From contig NMRA01000059.1 of NCBI GenBank assembly GCA_002633005.1, forward strand, positions 106,934 to 170,933: a stretch of 64,000 bases of DNA. The letters are read 5' to 3'. Shown here one piece after another: positions 14,201 to 26,200 of the stretch. This stretch comes from Phoronis australis. Lineage: Eukaryota; Animalia; Phoronida. The notes beneath the pieces are model-generated. The model saw only the letters and a program-made list of their open reading frames with translations. It was not told where the DNA came from and did not search any database. The first letter of the stretch is position 1. Every line of letters begins with the position of its first letter. Made by a program: the position numbers and the translations under genes.

Positions 14201-17200
14201 CTGAGGAGTGTTTTTGGTGGCACACTGGTATGTCTTGTCTATCTGCTCTCACTAGGTACACACTGGTATGTCTTGTCTGTCTATTCTGATTAGATTCACA
14301 AATAAATGGCACACTGGTATGTCTTGTCTGTCTACTCTCACAAGATACACAAATGAATGGCCATCAAGTGTATTCAATGCTCTTATAACATTCGCCATTA
14401 AGTGGCTATCAGAGCCAATCCTACCAAGAAGTTTCACTTGTTGTTTTGTAATTATCTTCAGGCACGTGGTCACCATGTAGCATGAACACGGCCAATGCCG
14501 AGTGTGGCATTGGGTCTAGGATTCGCTCAGTTTACTGCGTGAGTCAAGATGACCTTCAAGTGAGCGACGAGAGGTGTTCATCTACAAAGAGACCAGCCTC
14601 TTCTGAGGAGTGCACACGATTGTGTCCTGAGGACTGCCAGGTGTCCCCGTGGTCAGAGTGGTCAGAGTGCTCGGTCAGTTGTGGCTACCAAGGTGGCCAT
14701 CAACTGAGGAATCGAAGGATTATAAGTGAGGAGAAGTGTGGTCTTGAAGCTATATGATGATGTCTAGTTCATGTTCATGTAGCTATATGATGATGTCTAG
14801 TTCATGTTCATGTAGCTATATGATGATGTCTAGTTCATGTAGCTATATGATGATGTCTAGTTCATGTTCATGTAGCTATATGATGATGTCTAGTTCATGT
14901 TCATGTAGCTATATGATGATGTCTAGTTCATGTTCATGTAGCTATATGATGATGTCTAGTTGATGTTCATGTAGCTATATGATGATGTCTAGTTCATGTT
15001 CACAACACTCTGATTTCAGTGTTGAAAAGGAGAACGTACATTGCTGAGTTTTAGGCTATTTTCTCACAATTCCTGTATAACTAATTATTTAATGGTGTAC
15101 TTAGACAATAGTGTTAAGTGACTCGCTTGTTCGTCTCACGTAACGTGTACTTGTATTATATGAAGAGAACTGCTATCTTATGTTCCTATTCAGCTTTCAA
15201 ATTGAGTTTCAACATGAGGTCGTGCATACTTTAGATAAATCAGTTGGCATCCTAAAGTATTGGGTTGTTGTTTGTGTATAAACCATACATGTAATCTTAC
15301 TGCAGTTGGTTACAGAGAGGCAGGTATTTACATGTTTTATGTAATTGTGTGTTAATATGCACACACACACACGCACACGCACACATACGCACAGATACAC
15401 ACATGCTCAATCCATGCAGCAGTTTACTGGCTAAATCAAGAGGATCAGTCTTGAATAATAGCACTAATGTCAGTCCTTGTTTCAGATTCAACGATTGGTC
15501 AAAATTGCTTGCAGCATCACGACCTTAGTCAAACTCGACCGTGCAATAGGTTTAGTTGTCCTCAGTATCTGTGGCAAGTTGTTTCCTGGAGCCTGTGTTT
15601 GCCCTTTGAAAATAGGACACAAGAGTGTGGCCGTAACAATGGATATCAGACGAGGGATGTTTACTGTGAAGGTTGGTAGTTTTGATGTTGACCACCAGGT
15701 GAGGTACCATTTAGTTACTGTAACCTGAGATGCGTTTAAGACTTATTTTCATTTGTTTTATTTTACTATTGTTTGGTAATTATTTTTCTCAATAGTTTCG
15801 GGCAGACTTAGATGAAATGAGCAACCATGAGTGAGTTGTCCAGAAGGCCTGATACAGAGCTTGGTCTTCACCAAGGGATTTCCATTTTCTTATCAATTGT
15901 TTGTTGTTTTTCATTCAGATGTTATGTCATCTACTTTTTAATCAACATTTTAAACTGAACAAAGCCTTCAATGAGCAAAGCATTTTCATTGTAAATTGTG
16001 GGTCTGTCTCTCATTTCCTTCTGAGCTCAAAACTTCATTATTATGTAATTAACACTGGATCTGTGTTAGTCCCTCCTTTGATTGTCTTAATTAACCGCTG
16101 TGTTTATGTTGACACTATTATTGTTTACAGAGTATCCTATCAAGCAATCCTTGGCTCTGACTGACCGCTGTGCTGGCCAACCGAAGCCTGTCTCTTGGAG
16201 GTCATGTGACCTACCTTGTCCAATTAACTGTAAGATGACAGGCTGGAGTAAATGGTCCAAGTGCTCTACTACATGCGGAAGTCACAGCTTTAAATACAAG
16301 GCTCGCCGTGTCATTCACATGGCTATGCATGGTGGACGGTCTTGTCCATTACGAGTCAGGGACGATGGTGAGGCATGACTTCAACATCATGGAGACATGG
16401 TGTTTTAGCAAAATGTTTATATTCTAATTTTAGATAAGTTTTAGTGGCAATTAGTTCAAGCTGAAATTGACATGTTAAAACTAGAATAAATGAAGTCTAC
16501 TGCTGTAAATCTGGCCACATGGCTACATTCGGTCTATTGTGTAAATCTGGTCACATGGCTACAGTCGGTCTATTGTGTAGTTTTATTGGTTGTGTCTGTA
16601 CGAAATTAGCTCTTTTTAAATTAAATCATTCTAAGTAAAATACCCTCACTAGGTACTGAGATTCGTCAGAGGAAGTGTCAAAACCTTCCCACATGCCCTT
16701 CGTTTAAGTGGGTCATCAACCGATGGAGCCACTGTGAGCCAGCAGAGGAGAATTGTGGGCATGGAAAGCAGACAAGAAATGTTTCCTGTCAAAGTGATAT
16801 TGGACGAGTTGTAGCACATGGTATGTAAACAGGAGTGCAGTAAAGCTGAGTTGGAATGTGGATAGGTGGAGCTGAAGCAGCGTCATGTCCAAGTTGCATA
16901 TTATATTTCCAAAATGTGTTTACATGTTCTCTCTCTCTTGTTTCCTTCCATTTTGAGAGTTTAGAGTAACACTGTTGTGTTGTTCACATGTTAACAGTTC
17001 AGTTTGTGACTTTGCTTTTCTTAGTTATCACATGTAACAATTTTTGAATTTGTTCAGTTAGTTTAGAACTTCGTGTCAGAGCTGACAACTGTTTCAGATT
17101 GACACATTCTTTGTAATTTTAGGGCAGTCACTTCATACACGACTGGTTTTGAGCATTTATTTCTCTTGGATATAATAAGTTGGAAGCAAAAGTATGTTTG

Positions 17201-20200
17201 AAAAATTATTGACATATCTGAAGAGAGATCGGCATGATCCAATGTAGAAAAGTTGAGTGAATGACGAAAACGAGCGAAAGCGTATGTTATGTCTCGCCAA
17301 CTTTAGCACTGAAAACGGGGCACATACAACATTAGCATGGATTAGAAATGAACAAGATGATAAGATTTGCTGGAAGCTTCTGAACGTGATCGGGTGGGCA
17401 GAAATTAAGATTGTCAACTGTAATACATGAGCTGAGCTTTTAATGTTGCTTTCATAGTTGAACACGATTTGAAATTGAAGTTTGTTGTTGTTTTGGGTGT
17501 CATGTCATCTTTTGATTGAAATTTAAATTTTTTGAAAAATTGTGGAAATTGTGTGAATTAATTTTTCACTTTCAAGATAAAAGTCTTTAGTATGAAGGTT
17601 ACATTATGCATAGAATGAGTTGGCTGCTCGTGGATGTGTTTGGCCTTATTGTGTCAATGTTGGCAAGGGATATTGTTGGAATGAACGCTGAGCCAAATTG
17701 TTTTGTTTTTTGTTTTCCAGAAATATGCCTCAACCATGGGCTTGGTTCTCCCAAAGCCAGTGAGAGAGCTTGCTTCAGATCATGTGATGGGGATTGTCCA
17801 CTCACAGATTGGGGTAGCTGGAGTCCTTGTTCTCAGTCTTGTGGAGCGAAGGCTGGTCTGCGATTTAGACAGCGCACGTTTAGAAACCAAAGTAAGATGT
17901 TTGGTTGTAGTAAAGTTTGTTGGTTGTGCTTCATTGAGATCCAGTTTGTTGGTTGTGCTTCATTGAGATCCAGTTTGTTGGTTGTGCTTCATTGAGATCC
18001 AGTTTGTTGGTTGTGCTTCATTGAGATCCAGTTTGTTGGTTGTGCTTCATTGAGATCCAGTTTTGGCAGAATAAGCTTATATGTTTTATAGCCCATCTTG
18101 TATTTGTATTTATTCATAAGCAGTTTTTGACGAGTAAGTTTGTTGTACTATTATAACCTTCAATCTTTTGATTTTGTGACTTGTACAACTGTTTTAGTGT
18201 CAGTTTCATTAAAATGATGCTAAAGATATTAACGTTTCTATGGCAACCCATTTCCAGGTGAATCCAAGTTTATCCAATGTTCTAACGTGCGTGATGAGGA
18301 TCTGGTTATAACAGAACCATGTGGCTTCAACAAATGTCCCAGGTACAGCTGGCTGGCAGGACCATGGACTAGTTGTGTGCCACGCGCTATCTCTTATAGC
18401 GCACGGGGTGAGTGTTGTACTGCCTAGTCACTAAGTTGTGTGTAGTGTTAACTTCAATACTTGGTTGGATATTGTGTTATGAATGCAGTGGCTGTGCTGT
18501 TAAGAGTTGAGTGTGGTGTTGACATTGTAATGGTTGTTGTGTTCAGACTGTTAAGGCAGGTGGATACATAAAAAAATTTGACTGTTTTTTACATTATGTC
18601 TTCCTAATCTTTAATTCTTGATGCACAGTATAGTGAAGAAAAATAAAATCCTTCTGAAAAGTTGTTTTTTAATTATATTTGACCAAGCTTCAGTAAGTCA
18701 TTTGGCCATGTGAAAGTTGGTGGTGAAATGGTGAACTCCTGTTCCGAGCCTGAGCCTGTTTGCCATCTGCAAAAAAATTAAGTTGAGTACGGCACAAGTC
18801 CTAACGAAGCCATCGCTGCACTCCGCTTGAGGAGTCAGTGCAGAAATTGTGCGTGTGCAAGAGAAGTCGGAAAGGTGAAGTGTCTTGCAAGAGGACGCTG
18901 AGCGTCGACGTGGGTGGTGTTGCATGATTCGATGACTGCACGCATGTGCTGTGAAGACACAGCGCGCGTGAGACATGCACAACTACATGCCGTCAGAGTA
19001 GAGTTGTTGGAGATAAACCGTGCTTCTGTGCTAGGAACGTGCCGTGGAGACACTAGGCTTAGGCTGCCAAACTCAGTGAATTTTTTAACTTGCTGCTGGC
19101 CGTAACCCTAAGAATTAAATAAATGACTCAGTGTTCAACATAACAAAATTTTTCTAGTGCATAGATTCAAACGTTTCCCTGAATTAAAACTCGTACGATT
19201 TTAAAGGAAAGCAATATAAGAAACTTTGGTAACTTGAGAGTCTCACCCAAGCGACACTATTTGTGCTGAAAGTGCTATTTTCTTATCCCAAAGTCCATTC
19301 GATCAAAATGTTGGCGGTACAGGCACGTGAAAATTATGATGAAAGTAGCTCTTTATCCTCGTTGCCAATATTGTTGTGTAGACAGTAACGCGGCGATTTG
19401 ATATAACACATATTGGTTGATGAAGAGACGGTAACTACATATAATATTGGAATACTAACAAATAGATCTGTGTAATATAGTTGGAGAGTCTTTTACCACT
19501 CTGAGTGGAGAGTTCAGATGAGTCGCATAAACAATCAACACATGGTTTTAATGATGTGTGGTCAGCACACCAGAACAGCAGACAATAGATCAACGGTAAG
19601 CTCCACCCACGTAACAGCCATATTTGTTTTGGTCATCTTTTGTGCTTCACAAAGTGATGAAAACTACGCTGTAAATAAACAGGTATGTCAAATTTTCTTA
19701 ATATAAAGGAAATATCAGCTTTATTTCTAATACATTAACAAAAATTGGAACATAATGACTGCGCATTCTGAACGCATTTTGACCTCAAGTGGCAATCGAT
19801 GTCCGCTTAACTTCAAAGCCGTTTTTCTCGGCTCGTGATTTCACTGTAGTGACAAGATTCTCTGGCCTATTTTTCCGCAACACGTGATTCAATTTTTATG
19901 AAAGTTGCAAATTTGAAATCCTCTAGAACTGAAGTAAAATCGCGTGCCAGGGATTTTTGATACATGGACCAGATTTTTAGTTATTAGAAGGAAAGTGACC
20001 AAATGACAGAAAGTGGCGTATTTGCCACAACTCACACGCAAAAAATGTCACAAAATCAAGATCATAATGATTTTGTACAAAAATTTGGTATGGATAAGTA
20101 GAATATTGCGTAAGGAAACAGTTGATGATAATGCCCGTGCATTTAGAAAAAAATTCGAGGTAAAATTGGATTTTTTGAAAATTAAAAAATACGATATTTA

Positions 20201-23200
20201 AAAGAAACGAAGTACTTCGATTTTTGTCACTTTCAGAGTCATTTCTAACTAGTTAAAACCCCCTTTATACATATTATAGATTAGAACCTGGAGATTTGAC
20301 CCGTGTATACACCCCCTTTAATGTATAACACTGGTATGACTGTGGTGGATGTTTTGTTCAGACTGTTAATGTATAAAACTGGTGAGACTGTGGAGGGTGT
20401 TGTGTTCAGACTGGATCGGATGTACTGTGAGCTCAATTAAACTTGAGCTAAGGAGCTAGAGACTTGACTCTAGGGTCTAGCAGTGTACCCAAGTGGGACT
20501 CGAACTGGTGAACTTGAGTAAGTGAAGTAGTCACTTATCCCACTAGGACAAACTGCCTCCTGCTGCTAAATGCACAATGTGTGCCATGTTAGCACTGATG
20601 CTCCAAAGGTGGCGCTATATATCTCATTATGTAATACGTGTAACTATGACTAGGACATTATGTTCAATTAATAATAATTAACCATAATGTAGATGATATT
20701 TCAAAATATGACCGACGTGTAGTTACAACAGTTAATATCTTGTGATACTCTTTAATTTGACTGTTATAGTGTACTTTTGCTGTAGATTTACGCTCGTGCG
20801 GTGAAGGGAAACAGACGCGTAACTTACTTTGTCAACGCAATGACGGACAGTTGGTGAGTGATGACTTCTGTGGGCACAGAGTCACGGAACGAAAATGCAA
20901 TGTACCATGTCCTGTGGACTGTCACGTTTCAGACTGGATGGAGGGAGTGTGCTCAAGGAAATGTGGACAAGGTTAGACTTGATCTGTCATTCAGGAGTAC
21001 TTTAGGGCCCTGTTGCTGGGGGGACTAGGGAATATTTAAGGGGTCTCTTGCTGGGGGGACTTGGGAATACTTAAGGGGTCTCTTGCTGGGGGGACTAGGG
21101 AATACTGTAGAGGGCTGTTGCTGGGGGACTAGGGAAAACTTTAGGGGCCTGTTGGTGGGGAGACTAGGGAATACTTTAGGGACTTGTTGCTGGGGGGACT
21201 GGTAGGAATCCAAAACCCCGACACTTGCTCTCTCTTGTGGAAAGTCTTTTTGTTCTAAATCATTATTGAAAACCTTTTAAATCAGCTGTTAACATGGTTG
21301 TTAAGACCAAGAAGCACGTGTAGTGTTTCTGGCATTACTTACTGGTGGTGTTGTTATATTATATTATATTATATTATATTATATACTTTGTTGCTGTGTA
21401 CTATGTCTTAGCTGTGCTGTATGTGGTGCATGTCCTGGTCACAAAGTAAATCTCTGGATTAGTCTTGTCAGTATTATTGAAATTGTAATTATAATTCTTA
21501 TTGTTAATTACAATTTTCATCTGATTATTGCTATTACTGTTACCATCTTGATAATTGTTATTGTTGGTATTATTATTAGTATTATGATCATTAATACTAT
21601 TACAGTCATTGTTATTATTGACATAAGTAATATTATTATTACTATTACTATCAACATTATTCTGATTATCTGTAGGGTTGAAGACATTCACGCGAAACAT
21701 TCTAACTGCGGCTGAGAATGGTGGTCGGCCGTGTCCTGTCCTCAACAAAACAGAGCTCTGTAATGAGAGGCATTGTACTGATCTATACTGGACTGTGTCA
21801 CCGGTGAGTACTCATCTATACTGGACTGTGTCACCGGTGAGTACTGATCTATACTGGACTGTGTCACCGGTGAGTACTGATCTATACTGGACTGTGTCAC
21901 CGGTGAGTACATGACTCAACAGTAGAATTATTACACAGATTTGTCTTAACATGCTTGTGCTTGAAGCATATTCCCTGTTACTCAACACTTAAGATTTACT
22001 TCGTGAAGTTATTAATGCTAATAATCCTGCTCATTAGTCTCGTAAAGTGCCTAACCACTAGTCTCCATAACATATAACTCTGTCTCTTGTTGTCAGTGGA
22101 CCAAATGTAGAAAAACCTTTCCGCAATTTCCGTGTGGCTCAGGGACAAGGAAGCGGCATGTGCGATGCTCCACAGGTCGAGACGAGGATTGCAGAGATCG
22201 AGATCCGAAGCCTGCCACGTCAGAAGAATGTGACAAGCCGTGTCAAGGTTAGTTAAGTTACTGTTAACTAATTTTACTTGATGTGAAATGATAGTATCGA
22301 GCCATGATGAGATCTACTATAGTTATGTTACTGTTAACTAATTTTACTTGATGTGAAATGATAGTATCGAGCCATGATGAGATCTACTATAGTTATGTTA
22401 CTGTTAACTAATTTTACTTGATGTGAAATGATAGTATCGAGCCATGATGAGATCTACTATAGTTATGTTACTGTTAACTAATTTTACTTGATGTGAAATG
22501 ATAGTATCGAGCCATGATGAGATCTACTATAGTTATGTTACTGTTAACTAATTTTACTTGATGTGAAATGATAGTATCGAGCCATGATGAGATCTACTAT
22601 AGTTATGTTACTGTTAACTAATTTTACTTGATGTGAAATGATAGTATCGAGCCATGATGAGATCTACTATAGTTATGTTACTGTTAACTAATTTTACTTG
22701 ATGTGAAATGATAGTATCGAGCCATGATGAGATCTACTATAGTTATGTTACTGTTAACTAATTTTACTTGATGTGAAATGATAGTATCGAGCCATNNNNN
22801 NNNNNNNNNNNNNNNNNNNNNNNNNNNNNNNNNNNNNNNNNNNNNNNNNNNNNNNNNNNNNNNNNNNNNNNNNNNNNNNNNNNNNNNNNNNNNNNNNNNN
22901 NNNNNNNNNNNNNNNNNNNNNNNNNNNNNNNNNNNNNNNNNNNNNNNNNNNNNNNNNNNNNNNNNNNNNNNNNNNNNNNNNNNNNNNNNNNNNNNNNNNN
23001 NNNNNNNNNNNNNNNNNNNNNNNNNNNNNNNNNNNNNNNNNNNNNNNNNNNNNNNNNNNNNNNNNNNNNNNNNNNNNNNNNNNNNNNNNNNNNNNNNNNN
23101 NNNNNNNNNNNNNNNNNNNNNNNNNNNNNNNNNNNNNNNNNNNNNNNNNNNNNNNNNNNNNNNNNNNNNNNNNNNNNNNNNNNNNNNNNNNNNNNNNNNN

Positions 23201-26200
23201 NNNNNNNNNNNNNNNNNNNNNNNNNNNNNNNNNNNNNNNNNNNNNNNNNNNNNNNNNNNNNNNNNNNNNNNNNNNNNNNNNNNNNNNNNNNNNNNNNNNN
23301 NNNNNNNNNNNNNNNNNNNNNNNNNNNNNNNNNNNNNNNNNNNNNNNNNNNNNNNNNNNNNNNNNNNNNNNNNNNNNNNNNNNNNNNNNNNNNNNNNNNN
23401 NNNNNNNNNNNNNNNNNNNNNNNNNNNNNNNNNNNNNNNNNNNNNNNNNNNNNNNNNNNNNNNNNNNNNNNNNNNNNNNNNNNNNNNNNNNNNNNNNNNN
23501 NNNNNNNNNNNNNNNNNNNNNNNNNNNNNNNNNNNNNNNNNNNNNNNNNNNNNNNNNNNNNNNNNNNNNNNNNNNNNNNNNNNNNNNNNNNNNNNNNNNN
23601 NNNNNNNNNNNNNNNNNNNNNNNNNNNNNNNNNNNNNNNNNNNNNNNNNNNNNNNNNNNNNNNNNNNNNNNNNNNNNNNNNNNNNNNNNNNNNNNNNNNN
23701 NNNNNNNNNNNNNNNNNNNNNNNNNNNNCAGTATTATGTTATGTCATTATATCTTGCTAACAGATAATACAACATAGTGGCAGTATTATGTTATGTCATT
23801 ATACCTTGCTAACAGATAATACAACATAGTGGCAGTATTATGTTATGACATTATATCTTGCTAACAGATAATAAAACGTAGTGCCAGTATTATGTTATGT
23901 CATTATACCTTGCTAACAGATAATACAACATAGTGGCAGTATTATGTTATGTCATTATACCTTGCTAACAGATAATACAACATAGTGGCAGTATTATGTT
24001 ATGTCATTATACCTTGCTAACAGATAATACAACATAGTGCCAGTATTATGCCTAAGTGTTCCAATGTTTTGTTGCAGAATGTTTCTTGTAATGGTGAGCT
24101 GTGTCATAGCTATACCATAGAGAGAGGTGATTGGTCAGTATGTAGAGTGGGCCCCAGGGGGTGTGGTCGTGGCACCAGGACGAGGACCATCAAATGTCGT
24201 CGGAGTGACAATCATGAAGTTGACCTCATCTACTGCAAATTGAACGGTAAGTTGAGATGGCAGAGAAAATACTTTTAGTGTAGTGTTGACAGCTCTGACA
24301 CAGGAAGTGGTAAATAAAATAATATTAAGGTTACTGCCTACCTTCGTTACTTAGGGCCACGTTTCTTTTAATATCTTTTGAAACATTGATTGTCAGTACG
24401 TAAAACCATATATTTTTCAAATCTTTGATAATCAGGGAAGCCAATAATGTGAACGAAAGTGTTGCTGGAATGTTTGCAATCACGTGATCATGAAAATTCA
24501 TGAATTTCCACGGAGACTGCCATAACTTCCACAGGTCTCGTAGTCGAAAGCCGAGCACCGGACTCGCTTGAAAGCAAAATGGGATAATGCTATATGCGAG
24601 CTTGTAGATATGATGTCGGAGCTCGGGTGAGAATTTTGTGAATGACACGTAAATGCGTCGTCTCTGGCGTAAAGAATAAAAAACTTTCACAAATCACTAC
24701 CTAGTCTTTTCTTGTGATATTGTGGCTTACCTCAACCTGTACAAAAACATGTGTACATCCTGGAACATCTTAATATTACTGTTGTTCAGATTACAAAATA
24801 CTTCCAGGAATATGAAGCGTATAGTTCTTTTTTTAAATTCACACGATTTCCTTGCATTTGAGCACCCTCTGTGCAGCACTCATCCGCATGCTACGGTAAA
24901 ATCAGTTCACAGTTTCTATTACCATGTAACCAAGTTCCCAATTGCGTAAGAAAATTATAAATGGCCATAAAGTTAGTGCAGTTGAGCACTGTTATCCAGT
25001 GACACAGTGTCGCCACCTTTTGTGTAGTTGGATGCTGAATTTATGTATTCAGTGACTCATGCCTGTTGTGCGTTTTGTTTCGTGTTGGACTGAAAATATA
25101 CTTTTTCTCACGTTCTGACTGTCCAAGTTATGGAAATAGATGCCATTTATCCCCGTACAATAGCTCTGCCCACAAGGTCATGTGATCGGAATCACTTGTG
25201 AACAAACTCCACGTGTATTTGACTCAGTGTCAAAGATATTAATAAAAGTACATAACTATTAAAAATATTTTTGTGGTGTCATCTGAAAGAGGAGGCTTTG
25301 CTAAGTAAGTAGTGCATTTGAAAATACCATTTAGTTTCAGATATTCCAACAAAGGTAGGCATTGACGTTAAAAATTTAATAATTATGTTATTACCACCTA
25401 AATGTTTTATTTTTTGATACCTTAATTAGAAATTAAATACATGCAAATTAAATTTGTATACTCTGTCACTATTGGCCATTGTTTTTGCCTAGGTGAGCCC
25501 CTGGACACAGCTAGCACGCTGGCATTACTAAAGCGCATTGACGAGGCATCCATGGACATGCACAAGGTGGAGCAGTGTGGTGCCCCCTGTCCAGGAGACT
25601 GCAAGTTAACATCCTGGTCTTCATGGGGACCGTGTTATCGAAACTGTAGTGACGTACACGTTTTTGGCCACCAGGTGCGGTCTCGCAGCATTGTGCAGTT
25701 TGCCCAGCCGAGACGTCAGGCGTGCCCACAGGACTTGGTACAGACTAGGTGAGTGGCTGGGTGTAGTGTAAACTTTAGCTGTCTACTCAGTTTTGTGGAC
25801 AAGTTGATTTTATTTTGTCAAATATCTCAACAAAAATGATTTATTGGAAATTTTCGAACAGTTTGTATGCCACCACAAACAATGTTTGGTAAAACTACGA
25901 ACATTTGCTATGCTGTAAACTTAAGTATGAACACTCTAAATATTAATTTTTATCCTAATTTCACAAATTTTAACCATTAGTAGTAGACTTCTTGAAAACA
26001 TGTTATGTTCATTGAGGCTCTTACAGATTTTGGTCTGATTGAGTTTGATGAACTAGTAACAAATAACAGAGATTTAGTAACATTAGATGTTCTGGTAGTG
26101 AGGACTGAGCAATATCACATGTATACTGGTTGTGGGGACTGAGCAATATTACATGTATATTGGTAGTGAGGACTGAGCAATATTACGTGTATGCTGGTAG

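Noticed and set aside
21323-21748. Hydrophobic Ile-rich and Asn-rich ORFs
   Set aside because: Translations of the degenerate (ATT)n tract in the intron.
22778-23767. Long ORFs of X residues (also 8382-8727 and 56465-56836)
   Set aside because: Artefacts of N gaps.
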